This document shows, one piece after another, positions 1 through 10,422 of a stretch of 64,000 nt of DNA. Under the pieces are notes generated by a model. It ran no database searches and was not told the DNA's origin. It saw only the letters and a list, made by a program, of their open reading frames with translations. Source of the DNA: an uncultured Undibacter sp. (GTDB lineage Bacteria > Pseudomonadota > Alphaproteobacteria > Rhizobiales > Xanthobacteraceae); the NCBI GenBank assembly GCA_964563195.1, contig CAZLWN010000001.1:21834-85833 (forward strand), written 5' to 3'. Made by a program: the position numbers and the translations under genes. The stretch's first letter is position 1, and the number at the start of each line of letters is the position of its first letter.

Positions 1-602
1 TTGTTCGAATCGGGGAGATCGTAGAACATCGCGTTGCAGCCGACCGCCCTCGCCTTCGCGCCTTTGAAACGGTCATGAAACGGCTTGGCCGAGAAATAAT
101 CATTGATGATGGTGATCGAAGGATGGACGCCAGACCAGTCAATATTACGTGCCGGTTCATAGCCGATGCGCCGCAGATAGGATGGATAAAATAAAAGCGT
201 GGTACAATCATTGGCACCGATGTCGATGACGATGTCGTCCGGCTTGAGGTCGACGCGGCCGCAGATGTCGCTGATGACGTCCTTGAGGTCCTTTCGCATC
301 ATGTCGCTGGTGGCCGAGCGGTAGAAATAGCGGCGGTAGAGCAGGTCAGCCTCGACCTCCTCGCGCAGCTGCAACAGCCCGCAGCCGTCCGGATTGTGCG
401 CACGATCGCACAGCGTCATCGTGAGCGGCACTTGGATCCTAGCAAGCTCCCCCTCCTCCGCGTTGTCGCGCGTGAAGGTCGGGGACAGGAACTGCGGCGC
501 GATCGAAATCACGTCGGTGAGCGCCTCAGATCCGCAGAGTTTGCAGCGTTTTAGCAGCTTGTAAGGCTTGCGACCCGCTTTCAATGCTTCCGCAACGACC
601 AT
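1..602 (-). CDS. C-methyltransferase-type class I SAM methyltransferase, N-terminal part only (gene runs off the left edge)
   Basis: Own minus-strand translation from ATG at 602-600: MVVAEALKAGRKPYKLLKRCKLCGSEALTDV... It has a CxxC zinc-ribbon start, then YRRYFYRSATSDMM and IVIDIGANDCT (SAM motif I). The architecture matches the 33102-34328 product. The frame stays open to position 1, so it is absent from the ORF track. Confidence 0.6.
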   Translation of the reverse strand, partial: MVVAEALKAGRKPYKLLKRCKLCGSEALTDVISIAPQFLSPTFTRDNAEEGELARIQVPLTMTLCDRAHNPDGCGLLQLREEVEADLLYRRYFYRSATSDMMRKDLKDVISDICGRVDLKPDDIVIDIGANDCTTLLFYPSYLRRIGYEPARNIDWSGVHPSITIINDYFSAKPFHDRFKGAKARAVGCNAMFYDLPDSN

Positions 603-613
603 GGCCTCTTCTT

Positions 614-1300
614 TCAACCCGGCGAAAATGTCAGGAAATCTCTAACGATCAGGGCCGTGATCTCCATGCCCGTCTTGAACGGACGCATTTTTCGCGTCCC
701 CCCGATGCGCGCCGGCTCGCGCGCCGGAATTTCCGCAACTCGCATCTTGGCGCGGGCAAAGCGGATGGAGCTTTGGCAAGGCCAGCTCAGGCCGCGCGCG
801 TCGAATGCGAGCCGTAGCGCCTTGTCGCGCCGGAACGCCCTGAATCCGACCAACACGTCCGTGTAGCGCGACCGGAACAGCACATTCACAATGGCCGTGA
901 ACAGCTTGTTGCCGAAAGCGGTCAGCCAGTCGTCGTCGTCACTTTGCGTCCCGCCGAGATAGCGCGACGCGATGACGAGGTCGTAGCCTTCACGCGCCTT
1001 TGCAATAATGCGCGGAATGTCTGCCGGAACCGCATTCCCATCGGGCGTAAACTCAACCACAATATCGCCGCGCGCAACCTGCAGGCCCTGCAACATCCCC
1101 TGGCCATAGCCGCGGCCGGATTGTGAATGCACGCGGATATCGTGGCCCTGCATGAATTCGACGGTGCCGTCGGTCGATCCGCCGTCAATGGCGATGATTT
1201 CATCGACCCATTCGCGCCGAATTTGCGGTATGATGACCCTAACTGCTTCAATCTCATTTAACATCGGGAGCAGTAAGGTACTCGTGAGCCGGTCCGTCAC
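614..1300 (-). CDS. Glycosyltransferase family 2 (small DPM1/GtrB/ArnC-like polyprenyl-phosphate sugar synthase type)
   Basis: 228 aa with LLLPMLNEIEAV, AIDGGSTDGT and VEFTPDGN (DxD-like). The GTG start at 1300 overlaps the upstream stop (GTGA). The ATG at 1264 would cut off the conserved N-terminal strand. Confidence 0.8.
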   Translation of the reverse strand: MTDRLTSTLLLPMLNEIEAVRVIIPQIRREWVDEIIAIDGGSTDGTVEFMQGHDIRVHSQSGRGYGQGMLQGLQVARGDIVVEFTPDGNAVPADIPRIIAKAREGYDLVIASRYLGGTQSDDDDWLTAFGNKLFTAIVNVLFRSRYTDVLVGFRAFRRDKALRLAFDARGLSWPCQSSIRFARAKMRVAEIPAREPARIGGTRKMRPFKTGMEITALIVRDFLTFSPG

Positions 1301-2253
1301 GCCGCACTTCCCTGCGCTGCGCTGTTCTTGAGGTACCAGTCGTAGGTCAACCGCAACCCTTCCGGAATCTTGATCTTGGCGCTCCAGCCGAGCCGCGCGG
1401 CGCGACTGACATCCATCAGCTTGCGCGGCATCCCGTCGGGCTTGGAAGAATCAAAGACGATTTTTCCAGGATAGCCGACGATGTCCCTGATGAGCCCGGC
1501 GAGATCGCGGATGGCGATGTCTTCGCCCAAACCCACATTGACGAAGCCGCCAATATCCTTGGCCTGCACGTTGAGCATGAAATGCAACATGGCGTCGACC
1601 AAATCGGTCACGAAAAGCAGCTCGCGCCGCGTCGCGCCGGTGCCCCAGACATTGACTGACGGCGTGCCGGCCAGCTTGGCGCGATGAAATTTATAAATGA
1701 GAGCCGAGACGACGTGCGAACGCTCCGGCTCAAAGTGATCGCCATAGCCGTAAAGATTGCACGGCATCAGATTGAGGAAATTGGTGCCGTATTGCGCATT
1801 AGAGTATTCGCACAGCTTCATCGCCGCCACTTTGGCAATGGCGTACCCTTCGTTGGTCGGCTCGAACGGCCCGGTAAGAATCAAGTCCTCGCGCATCGGC
1901 TGCGGACAATCGCGCGGATAGACACACGAGCTGCTGAGGAAGACGAGCTTGCGCACGCCCGCGGCGCGCGCCGCATGCACGCCGTTTACGGCTATCATCA
2001 GGTTTTCGTACAGAAACTCGACGGGATAGCTCACGCTGGCGCCAATGCCGCCGATATGTCCGGCAAGGTGAAAAACGTAATCGATGCGGTGCTCGGCGAA
2101 ATAGCGTTGCGTCGCCGCCTGGTCGCGCAAATCTAACTGCTTCGAGCTCGGCGCCAGCACCGAGGCGTAGCCGTCGGCACGAAGCCGCGCCAGCAGCGCG
2201 CGTCCGACCATGCCGCTTCCGCCGGTGACGAGGATATGAGAGGTTTTTTCCAT
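1297..2253 (-). CDS. fcl: GDP-L-fucose synthase family (GDP-4-keto-6-deoxymannose 3,5-epimerase/4-reductase)
   Basis: 318 aa that aligns end to end with E. coli Fcl as I remember it: ILVTGGSGMVG, SSSCVYP, EPTNEGYAIAKVA, NLYGYGDHF, KPDGMPRKLMDVSR. Confidence 0.8.
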   Translation of the reverse strand: MEKTSHILVTGGSGMVGRALLARLRADGYASVLAPSSKQLDLRDQAATQRYFAEHRIDYVFHLAGHIGGIGASVSYPVEFLYENLMIAVNGVHAARAAGVRKLVFLSSSCVYPRDCPQPMREDLILTGPFEPTNEGYAIAKVAAMKLCEYSNAQYGTNFLNLMPCNLYGYGDHFEPERSHVVSALIYKFHRAKLAGTPSVNVWGTGATRRELLFVTDLVDAMLHFMLNVQAKDIGGFVNVGLGEDIAIRDLAGLIRDIVGYPGKIVFDSSKPDGMPRKLMDVSRAARLGWSAKIKIPEGLRLTYDWYLKNSAAQGSAA

Positions 2254-2322
2254 GCAGATTTAGTTAGTTATCATCGGCGCCGGAGTCGGTCAACGCAGGC
2301 CAAAGTGTGCGTGGCCGTCCGC

Positions 2323-3504
2323 CTAACGGCCGACGGCCGCATCGGGCAACGGCTGGCGCTCCTCTCCCGAGAGCTGTTCGTAGATCGCCACCATTTCGCT
2401 GCCGATCCGATCACTGGAGAACTCCCGCTCAACAAGGGCCCGCCCCTGCGTCGCAAAGCGGCGGCGCAAATCCGCGTCATGCGCCAGTCGGCCGATCGCT
2501 GCCGCCAAAGCGGCGGCGTCGTCGGCCGGCACCAGCAAGGCGTTGACATTGTCACGCGCGATCTCGCGGCAGCCGGGAACGTCGGTCGCCACGATCGGGC
2601 GGCCAAAAGCGGCCGCCTCGATCAGGCTCTTGGGCAGGCCTTCGCGCCGCGACGGCAGCACCGCGATATGCGCCCTGCTCCAGACGTCGCGGATGTCGGC
2701 AACCTGGCCGAGGAACGTCACGCCCGGTCGCTGCCGCCAGCGTTCGATCTGACTTTCCGTGAATGATGCCGGGTTTGCCGGATCGCGCTCGCCGGCGACA
2801 AGAAGGTGGATATCTTCGCCGCGTCGCGCGAGCAAATCGTGCGCCTGCATCAAAACGCCCAAGCCTTTGTCGTCGAGCAGCCGGCCGACGAAGGCGGCGG
2901 TCACTGGCGCGGCCGGTTCCGGTAAAGGCGTAAGCCGATCGAGGTCAACGCCGGAGCCGGGAACGAGAAAAATGCGATCGCTGGAAATCCCGAGCGCCTC
3001 TATCATGGCCCAGTCGTCCGGATTTTGCACCAGCACCGCCGACCATGCATGGCCAAGCAGGAAACGAACGACCGGCGCAAGGACCAGACGTAGGAAACGG
3101 CCCTTGAGCGTGCCGGAGGTGAATCCATAGCCGAGCCCAGCCAGCGCATTGATACGAACGACCGGCAAGCCCATCGCTGCCAACGACCCGATCAGCGCGG
3201 GTTGCAACGCCACGTGGTGCACGAGATCGGGCTTAAGCGTCCGGTATAGGCGACGTACATCCCGCACGATTGAATACAGAGCGGCCGGCTTGAAGCTGCC
3301 GCGCCGCCAGGCCAGGGGATGCAGCGTAAATCCATACCCGCGAATAGCGGCGGCGTCCTTGTCCGTATTGACGCGCGTTGCGATATGAACGTCATAGCCC
3401 GCACGCTGGGCCGCCAGCGCCATCGGCAGGCGGTGGGAGAGGAAGTACCAATCTTCGGTGACGAGGTAGAGGAGGATTGGACGAATGGACTGTTGGCCGT
3501 TCAT
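2323..3504 (-). CDS. Glycosyltransferase family 4 (GT-B)
   Basis: ILLYLVTEDWYFLSHR at the N-terminus and VLPSRREGLPKSLIEAAAFGRPIVATD (EX7E region). I placed the start at the ATG at 3504 (MNGQQSIRP...). The track ORF extends to 3615. Confidence 0.8.
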   Translation of the reverse strand: MNGQQSIRPILLYLVTEDWYFLSHRLPMALAAQRAGYDVHIATRVNTDKDAAAIRGYGFTLHPLAWRRGSFKPAALYSIVRDVRRLYRTLKPDLVHHVALQPALIGSLAAMGLPVVRINALAGLGYGFTSGTLKGRFLRLVLAPVVRFLLGHAWSAVLVQNPDDWAMIEALGISSDRIFLVPGSGVDLDRLTPLPEPAAPVTAAFVGRLLDDKGLGVLMQAHDLLARRGEDIHLLVAGERDPANPASFTESQIERWRQRPGVTFLGQVADIRDVWSRAHIAVLPSRREGLPKSLIEAAAFGRPIVATDVPGCREIARDNVNALLVPADDAAALAAAIGRLAHDADLRRRFATQGRALVEREFSSDRIGSEMVAIYEQLSGEERQPLPDAAVGR

Positions 3505-3672
3505 GCCGACGAAATGCACGTTCCGCTGACTTTCATGGGTCAGACCATCACAATTACAAGGCTTTACGTTCATGCCAATAAACGATACCTGATCCTCTCT
3601 TGGCCAGGCTTGCAATAGGCAAGAATCAGATTGTAGTCGACCCAGCCACGGCGCGTTAGATTAGGATCGGCC

Positions 3673-4725
3673 ATGGAAATCGTTATCACTGGCTCCAGCG
3701 GACTGATCGGCTCAGAAGCCGTCGAGGCTTTCGCTCGGCAGCGTCATAAAATCCACGGCATCGACAACAATATGCGGGCTGTTTTTTTTGGCCCGCAGGG
3801 CGACACGACCTGGCGTCTCAAACAGCTTGTCGCCCAGTTTCCGAATTTCACGCCGCATGCCATCGATATTCGCAATAGGCCGGCCGTCCTCGACTTCTTT
3901 TCCGGATTGGCCCCATCCGCAGTGATCCACTGTGCGGCACAGCCTTCTCATGACCTCGCCAAGGGCAGACCTTTCGACGATTTCGACGTCAACGCAGTGG
4001 GCACTATCAATCTACTCGAGGCTGCCCGGCAATTTTCGCCCGAGGCGCCCTTTATTTTCATGAGCACGAACAAGGTTTACGGCGACGCGCCTAATGATTT
4101 GCCGCTGGCCGAGCTAGCAACCCGCTGGGATTATGCAGACCCGAAAGACTATGAGGGGATCGACGAGACGATGCGGATCGATCGATCCAAACATAGCCTG
4201 TTCGGCGCCTCCAAGGTCGCCGCCGACGTCATGGTGCAGGAATACGGCCGCTACTTTGGCATGCCGACCGTGTGCTTTCGCGGCGGCTGCTTGACCGGCC
4301 CCAACCATAGCGGTGTCGAGCTGCACGGCTTCCTGAATTATCTCGTCAAGGCCGCGCTACAGGGAAAGACCTATACGATCTTCGGCTACAAGGGAAAACA
4401 AGTCCGCGACCAGGTCCATAGCCTCGACGTCGTGCGCGCTTTCGAGGCGTTCATAATGGCGCCGCGCATCGGCGAAGTCTATAATCTCGGCGGCGGCCGT
4501 GAAAGCAACGTATCTATCCTCGAATGCTTCACGATGATCGAGAACATCAGCGGCCGGAAGGTCTCGTGGCGCTATGATGAGCGCAACCGCGAGGGCGACC
4601 ATATCTGTTATATCTCGGACATGAGCAAGTTCCGCTCGCATTATCCTAGCTGGTCGCTGACGCGCCGGGTTGAAGACATCATCGAGGAGATGATCCGTTC
4701 GGACGCAGCGACACTTGCAACCTGA
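3673..4725 (+). CDS. NAD-dependent epimerase/dehydratase (extended SDR), CDP-paratose 2-epimerase-like
   Basis: [11 protein letters not shown] Rossmann motif and FGASKVAAD (YxxxK region). The long C-terminal half ([14 protein letters not shown]...YNLGGG) resembles Tyv/RfbE-type epimerases. Confidence 0.65.
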   Translation: MEIVITGSSGLIGSEAVEAFARQRHKIHGIDNNMRAVFFGPQGDTTWRLKQLVAQFPNFTPHAIDIRNRPAVLDFFSGLAPSAVIHCAAQPSHDLAKGRPFDDFDVNAVGTINLLEAARQFSPEAPFIFMSTNKVYGDAPNDLPLAELATRWDYADPKDYEGIDETMRIDRSKHSLFGASKVAADVMVQEYGRYFGMPTVCFRGGCLTGPNHSGVELHGFLNYLVKAALQGKTYTIFGYKGKQVRDQVHSLDVVRAFEAFIMAPRIGEVYNLGGGRESNVSILECFTMIENISGRKVSWRYDERNREGDHICYISDMSKFRSHYPSWSLTRRVEDIIEEMIRSDAATLAT

Positions 4726-4757
4726 AACGCGATGCGCTTGTCGAAGTCAACCAACAA

Positions 4758-5492
4758 ATGAACCTGGCCGCTGGCGACTATCGCGCGCTCTGGAACAGCA
4801 AGCCCGGCTTGCGCGCGGTTTATTCCGACATTTACCGGCGCATGCTCGCCCAAGCGGTGCCCGGCCCCATTCTCGAGATCGGCGGCGGATCGGGTAATTT
4901 CAAGTCGTTCGTGCCGTCGGCGATCAGCACCGACATCACGCCGGCCGCCTGGCTCGACGTGGTTTGCGACGCACAGCACCTGCCATTCGCGAATGAGTCC
5001 TTCGCCAATGTCGTGATGGTCGATGTCCTGCATCACGTGGAATTTCCCATGCAGGCCTTGCGTGAATTGGAGCGGGTCTTGGTCCCCGGCGGCCGGGCGA
5101 TCCTTTGCGAGCCAGCGATAACCGTGCTAAGCAAACCGTTCTACCGCCGTTTCCATCCCGAAGCGGTCGACGTGTCGGCCGACCCGCTCAAAACCGGCGC
5201 GATTAACGCCGAAAAGGATCCGTGGGATTCCAATCAGGCGATCCCAACCCTGCTGGTCGGCCGTTTCCGCGACCAGCTGGCGGGCGTGCTGCCTTCATTG
5301 CAATTGCGCAGCGTCGATTGGTTTTCATTCGTCGCCTATCCGCTGTCTGGGGGTTTTCGTCCGTGGTCCGCCCTGCCAGCCTTCATGGCGCGGCCTTTGC
5401 TGGCCGTGGAGTGGCATATGCGCAAATTGATCGGCCGATTTGCCGCCTTCCGTTTGCTCGCCGTCTACCAAAAGGCCCGCCCTGAGGCATAG
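4758..5492 (+). CDS. Class I SAM-dependent methyltransferase
   Basis: ILEIGGGSGNF (motif I), CDAQHLPFANESFANVVMVDVLHH and LVPGGRAIL. Confidence 0.75.
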   Translation: MNLAAGDYRALWNSKPGLRAVYSDIYRRMLAQAVPGPILEIGGGSGNFKSFVPSAISTDITPAAWLDVVCDAQHLPFANESFANVVMVDVLHHVEFPMQALRELERVLVPGGRAILCEPAITVLSKPFYRRFHPEAVDVSADPLKTGAINAEKDPWDSNQAIPTLLVGRFRDQLAGVLPSLQLRSVDWFSFVAYPLSGGFRPWSALPAFMARPLLAVEWHMRKLIGRFAAFRLLAVYQKARPEA

Positions 5493-5510
5493 CCAGTTCC
5501 AAAAATCATC

Positions 5511-6866
5511 ATGTCCACGCTTCTAAAGATTTTTATTGCCGCCCTAGCGATTCGTTGGACCTACAGCGTGTCGATGTTCCTCGCCATGGGCGACGGCGGA
5601 TTGATGGGCGTCGATTCCAGCAATTATATCGGCGCCGGAAACGTGATTGCAGCCAGCATTAAGACCGGCTCTCTGCAGGGGTGGGGCTGGTTCGGACCAA
5701 ATCCCTTTATGATGCCGCTGTATGCCTGGTTCGTCGGCTTTGGCGCACTGATCGCGGACGGATACGCGGCGCTTCTTGATGTACTCATACAAGGCCTGTT
5801 CGACGCCGGAACGTGTCTACTCATCTATGGCATGGCGCGAGCGATCGAGCCGCGTTACGCGCTTGGCGCAGCCGTGGCCACCGCGATAAATCCGACGCAG
5901 ATCGTGATCGCTGGGATGGTCTACCCGGACTCGATGTTCGTGTTCTTCGTGGCGCTGTCCCTGTTCGGCGCGTTGCGCTGGCTGCAACTTCTGTCCTGGA
6001 CGTCAACCTTTGTCGTCATCGCGGGTTTGGTCGGCGCGGCATGGTCTCGAATATTGGTGGCGCCCTTCGCAATTATGCTGCCATTTGGTCTAGCGACGGC
6101 GGTGATAATTATCGGCCGTTTCCAGCGCCGCCAGCTCATGCAGCTGGCCAGCGCACTTGTGATCTTTTTGCTGTCGCTCGCACCAATCTCGGTTCGCAAC
6201 AAAGTGGATTACGGTTCCTGGGCCTTGACGCCGCAAACCGGCATGCATCTCGCCCGCTGGATCGTGCCCCTCATTTGGGAAGCGCGTGACGGCACGCCGT
6301 GGGCGAAAGGCTATGCGGAGATGGAGCGACGCGCTGCCGCGCTGCCCCGTCCCCCTGACGAGAACGCCTTCCAGCAGTCACGGCGCTACACCAAGGTCTC
6401 GCTCGATGCGCTTCGCCACGTCGGGGCGCTCGCGATCATGAAGGCCTGGACGATCGGGGCCGCCCTCAATCTCGGCACGCCGGCGATCATCCTGTCCCCG
6501 CCGGTGGCTCAGTTGCCGCGAACGGGGTTCTACGCGACACCAGGGAAGACCATTTTTGAGAAAGTCGCCAACTTTCTGTTTCACTCGGACAACGCGCTGT
6601 ACGCGTGGATTCTTCTTGTCGGGGTCGCCGGGCTGCAAATCGTCAGGCTTTTGCAGCTTGCCGGCTTTTCCGCGATGGTCATTCAGCAACATTTGATACC
6701 GGTGGCGCTTTTGGGGTTGTGGTGCCTGTTTGTCCTTGCGGTCAATGGACCAGTCGCATCGCCCAAGTATCGCTTGCCGATGGAGCCCGCGCTCATGGTC
6801 GTGACCGGCGCCGGATGGTCGCTGTTGCGCCGAACAAAGCCGCGACAGCAGGAGCTTTCGTCATAG
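5511..6866 (+). CDS. Polytopic membrane protein, GT-C/ArnT/PMT_2-like glycosyltransferase candidate
   Basis: 451 aa with many hydrophobic spans. The size and topology are typical of GT39/GT83-like enzymes. It ends in KYRLPMEPALMV, as the 10423-11832 paralog does (PRYRIPAEPPLIL). Confidence 0.55.
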   Translation: MSTLLKIFIAALAIRWTYSVSMFLAMGDGGLMGVDSSNYIGAGNVIAASIKTGSLQGWGWFGPNPFMMPLYAWFVGFGALIADGYAALLDVLIQGLFDAGTCLLIYGMARAIEPRYALGAAVATAINPTQIVIAGMVYPDSMFVFFVALSLFGALRWLQLLSWTSTFVVIAGLVGAAWSRILVAPFAIMLPFGLATAVIIIGRFQRRQLMQLASALVIFLLSLAPISVRNKVDYGSWALTPQTGMHLARWIVPLIWEARDGTPWAKGYAEMERRAAALPRPPDENAFQQSRRYTKVSLDALRHVGALAIMKAWTIGAALNLGTPAIILSPPVAQLPRTGFYATPGKTIFEKVANFLFHSDNALYAWILLVGVAGLQIVRLLQLAGFSAMVIQQHLIPVALLGLWCLFVLAVNGPVASPKYRLPMEPALMVVTGAGWSLLRRTKPRQQELSS

Positions 6867-8780
6867 ATTGGCGGCTCGCCAAGCCTGGAACTGCAACACG
6901 TTCCACAGGGCGTGTTGCCAATTGCGGCGGCCTGAACAATGCTCGTCCCAGCGCTGACGCAGAAGGCCGACGTCGAACACTCCGCCTTCGCGCAGCGCGC
7001 GCGGATCGAGCAGCTCTTCCGCCCATTGGCGTAGCGGCCCGCTCAGCCATTCGCCGATCGGCACGCCGAAACCCATTTTAGGTCGATCGAATAGGTACTC
7101 CGGCAGGTATCGCTTCAGCACGGTGCGTAAGGCCCGCTTTCCCACCCCGTTGGCGAACAGGTAATCATTGGGCAAGCCCCAACTATATTCGACCACGCGA
7201 TGGTCGAGCAGCGGGACGCGCGCTTCCAAACTCACCGCCATCGACGCGCGATCGACCTTGGTGAGGATATCGTCGGGCAGGTAGCTCATCATATCGAGCA
7301 AGCGCAGACGGCTTTGCAGCTCGAAGCCCTCGGTGCACGTGGAAAGCCGCTCGACCCAGCCATAGCCTTCGGCGTATTCGGACAGCAAACGCTCCGGATC
7401 CGGCCATTGCGAAATCAGCCGCCGATACATTTCGAGCGGACTGTCGGCATCGAGCAACCTAGCACCTTTGAGTACCTTGTCTCCGAAATGGGTCGGGCGG
7501 ATGCGCCGCGGCAATGCCGGCGCGAGCGCATCCCAGGCGTCCGGCGAGATCCATTGGATCGCATGGGCCCCCAGCCGGCGGAAACCGCGCGGCACGTGGC
7601 GCAGCGCAGTCCAAAGCCCGTTGATGCCACGGTAACGGACATAGCCGCCGAATGCTTCGTCCCCACCGTCCCCCGACAGCGCGACCGTGACATGCGTGCG
7701 TGCGAGCCGCGAGACTAAACAGGTTGGGATTTGCGATGAATCGGCAAATGGCTCGTCGTAGATTGCCGGTAGCTTCGGGACGACGGCTTGCGCCTCCGCC
7801 GCCGACAGGATGAGCTCGGTATGCTCGCTGCCCAGCTGTTCGGCGACGCGTCGTGCATGATCGGCCTCGTTGTAGGCTTCTTCGCGAAAGCCGATCGAAA
7901 ACGTTTTGACCCGGCTGTTGGATGTCTTGCACATCAACGCAACGACCAACGAGGAATCGATGCCGCCCGACAGGAATGCACCGAGCGGCACGTCCGAGAC
8001 CATCTGCCTTTTGACCGCGTCGGCCAGCAAGATATCGAGTTCATTGACGACGTCGTCAAAACTCGCCGATGTCAAATCGGCTTGGCGACTTCCAGCAATG
8101 GCCGGCAGATCCCAGTAGACGTGGTGGCGAACGTCTTGTGGCGTGACTTCGATCCGTTCGCCGGGCAAGAGCTTGTTGACTTCACGGAAAATTGCCCGCG
8201 GCGCCGGCACGCAGGAATGCCTGAGATAAGAACCAAGCGCGCCCGGATCGAGCGTAAACGAAAATCTCGATACCGCCCGCAACGGCTTGAGCTCGGAGGC
8301 AAAGGCAAAGGCGTTTTGCTGGCGGCTCCAATACAGCGGCTTGATGCCCAGACGATCGCGCACCAAATGCAGAATCTGCGTTGCGCGATCGAATACGGCA
8401 AATGCGAAAAGGCCGTTCGCACGTTGTAGTGCGCCGTCAACCCCGAAACGGCTGATCGCCTCGACCAGAACCTCGGTGTCCGAGGTTCCGCGAAACGTCA
8501 TGTCGAGCTCGGTTGCGATCTCTTGCCTGTTATAAAGCTCGCCGTTATAGGTAATGACGAAGCGTTGGTCGGCGCTGTTCATCGGTTGGATACCAGTCGG
8601 AGACAGATCGATAATGGCAAGCCGCCGATGGCCGAGCGCCACTCCTGCTTGCAAATCCAACCACTCGCCGTAACCGTCAGGCCCGCGATGTTGCATCCTG
8701 TCGCACATCGCGCGTACATCAGCACGTAGCCGCGCTTCCTGTGACCCGCCGAAAACCCAAAGGCCGGCAATACCGCACAT
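6861..8780 (-). CDS. asnB: Asparagine synthase (glutamine-hydrolysing) family amidotransferase
   Basis: MCGIAG with N-terminal Cys2 nucleophile, a GAFLSGGIDSS PP-loop, 639 aa. Confidence 0.9.
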   Translation of the reverse strand: MCGIAGLWVFGGSQEARLRADVRAMCDRMQHRGPDGYGEWLDLQAGVALGHRRLAIIDLSPTGIQPMNSADQRFVITYNGELYNRQEIATELDMTFRGTSDTEVLVEAISRFGVDGALQRANGLFAFAVFDRATQILHLVRDRLGIKPLYWSRQQNAFAFASELKPLRAVSRFSFTLDPGALGSYLRHSCVPAPRAIFREVNKLLPGERIEVTPQDVRHHVYWDLPAIAGSRQADLTSASFDDVVNELDILLADAVKRQMVSDVPLGAFLSGGIDSSLVVALMCKTSNSRVKTFSIGFREEAYNEADHARRVAEQLGSEHTELILSAAEAQAVVPKLPAIYDEPFADSSQIPTCLVSRLARTHVTVALSGDGGDEAFGGYVRYRGINGLWTALRHVPRGFRRLGAHAIQWISPDAWDALAPALPRRIRPTHFGDKVLKGARLLDADSPLEMYRRLISQWPDPERLLSEYAEGYGWVERLSTCTEGFELQSRLRLLDMMSYLPDDILTKVDRASMAVSLEARVPLLDHRVVEYSWGLPNDYLFANGVGKRALRTVLKRYLPEYLFDRPKMGFGVPIGEWLSGPLRQWAEELLDPRALREGGVFDVGLLRQRWDEHCSGRRNWQHALWNVLQFQAWRAANL

Positions 8781-8897
8781 GGGCTATATTTCCGACGCCG
8801 GAAAAGCCCGCGCGCCCGGGCTGATTGCGATTGATTGGGATTTCATCTATTCACTGCTTCTTCAACACAACTCAAAGCTTTCGACTACGCCGCTTTC

Positions 8898-10388
8898 ATG
8901 ACCGAGACCCTCGCCCTCGCAGAACATCAGACGGTCGCCGCAGCGATGGCGGCCGGACGATTTGGGCCATCTGCCTTGAAGCGGCGCGCCGAGGAAACGC
9001 GCGCTCATTACGATCGGCTCAGCGGCACGCGCACAGACTACATCCGCAAAAACAGCTATTATTACGAACAGATATTTCGCCTGCTGCGTCTCGTCATTCC
9101 GCCGGGAAAGCGGGTCTTGCAAGTCGGCTGTCTTACGCCCGATTTTCTAAATGCCGTGAAACCCACTTTAGGCGTTGGAATCGACAGCAGCTCGCGACTC
9201 ATCGAGGTCTGCCGGAAGCGATTTCCTCATCTCGAGTTTCGGGTGCACGACGACTATCAGCTCTCCGGCAACGAGATATTCGATTACGTCCATATTTGCG
9301 ATCTCAACGACCAAGTCGACCCGATCGCCACTTTAAGGGCATTGCGCCGGGCGATGAATGAGCAGACGCGACTGGTCATCCAGAATTATAACCATTTGTG
9401 GGAGCCTATCATCAGCGTGACCGAGCGGCTGGGCACCAAATTTCCCCTGCCCCTGCAAAACTGGTTGTCGCGAGCCGATATCGCGAGCATTTTAACGCTC
9501 TGCGATTTTGAGCTGCTCGACATGCACGACACCGTGCTGATGCCGAAGAAGATTCCATTCCTTTCGCGCCTAGCCAATGCTTTTTTTGCCCGACTGCCGG
9601 GCATCCACCACCTCAATATGACCAACCTTGTGGTGGCACGGCCGAGGCCAGCACGGAATCCGGTCGCTCATAGCGTGTCGGTGATCGTGCCGTGTCGCAA
9701 CGAGGTTGGAAACGTCGCGGCGGCGGTCGAACGGATCCCAGAACTCGGCGCGCATACCGAAATCATTTTTTGCGACGACAAGTCGACGGATGGAACGGCC
9801 GACGAAGTCCGCCGCCTGCAGAAGCTGCGCCCCGAGCGGGACATCAAGCTTTATGAGGGTCCGGCGGTCAGCAAGGCGCTCAACGTGCGGGCCGGTTTCG
9901 ACCGCGCCGAGGGCGATATTTTGATGATCCTCGATGCCGACCTGACGACCATGCCCGAGGAGCTGACGTATTTCTACGATACCATTGCTAGCGGCAAGGC
10001 GGAGTTTGTGAACGGCAGCCGCATGATCTTTCCGATGGAGGGGACGGCCATGCGCCCGCTGAACATCTTGGGGAACCGTTTTTTCAGCGCTGCCTTTTCT
10101 TTTCTGCTCGGCCAGCGCATCAGCGACACGCTTTGCGGCACAAAAGTGCTGTGGCGCCGAGATTGGCCGGCCATCCGCGCGCTCGCAGGGACCTGGGGCG
10201 TTAATGACCGATGGGGCGATTATGATTTGCTGTTCGGTGCAGCGAAGCTTCACCTTAAGATTCTGGACCTTCCGGTTCATTATCAAGAGCGATTTAGCGG
10301 CGAGACCAAGATGACCGGACGGTTCCGCAATGGGCTGATTATGCTGCGCATGTGCTGGGCGGCTTTTTTGAAGTTCAAGCTGAACTGA
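8898..10388 (+). CDS. Fusion protein: class I SAM methyltransferase (N) plus family 2 glycosyltransferase (C)
   Basis: N half: VLQVGCLTPDF and a methyltransferase core. C half: SVIVPCRNEVGNV, FCDDKSTDGT, LDADLT (DxD). I used the ATG at 8898. The track ORF begins at a TTG at 8835. Confidence 0.75.
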   Translation: MTETLALAEHQTVAAAMAAGRFGPSALKRRAEETRAHYDRLSGTRTDYIRKNSYYYEQIFRLLRLVIPPGKRVLQVGCLTPDFLNAVKPTLGVGIDSSSRLIEVCRKRFPHLEFRVHDDYQLSGNEIFDYVHICDLNDQVDPIATLRALRRAMNEQTRLVIQNYNHLWEPIISVTERLGTKFPLPLQNWLSRADIASILTLCDFELLDMHDTVLMPKKIPFLSRLANAFFARLPGIHHLNMTNLVVARPRPARNPVAHSVSVIVPCRNEVGNVAAAVERIPELGAHTEIIFCDDKSTDGTADEVRRLQKLRPERDIKLYEGPAVSKALNVRAGFDRAEGDILMILDADLTTMPEELTYFYDTIASGKAEFVNGSRMIFPMEGTAMRPLNILGNRFFSAAFSFLLGQRISDTLCGTKVLWRRDWPAIRALAGTWGVNDRWGDYDLLFGAAKLHLKILDLPVHYQERFSGETKMTGRFRNGLIMLRMCWAAFLKFKLN

Positions 10389-10422
10389 ATGCTACCCATT
10401 TAAGGCGCAACGGGAAAAGCTT

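Noticed and set aside
332-343. A second GGCGGTAG occurrence (GGCGGTAGAGCA), and similar cores near 5150 and 33082.
   Set aside because: They lie inside coding sequence or on the wrong strand relative to transcription. They also lack the downstream TG of the ops consensus.
2236-3618. Numerous 60-180-aa ORFs antisense to or overlapping the long genes. Examples: 2236-2766, 2759-3130, 7200-7718, 7788-8429, 9570-10286, 10878-11588, 11985-12704, 13151-13684, 26284-26835, 30720-31637, 61083-61697, 63310-63837.
   Set aside because: They are Arg/Ala/Pro-rich shadow frames, as expected in GC-rich DNA. Each overlaps a longer ORF with clear family motifs, and none shows a motif of its own.
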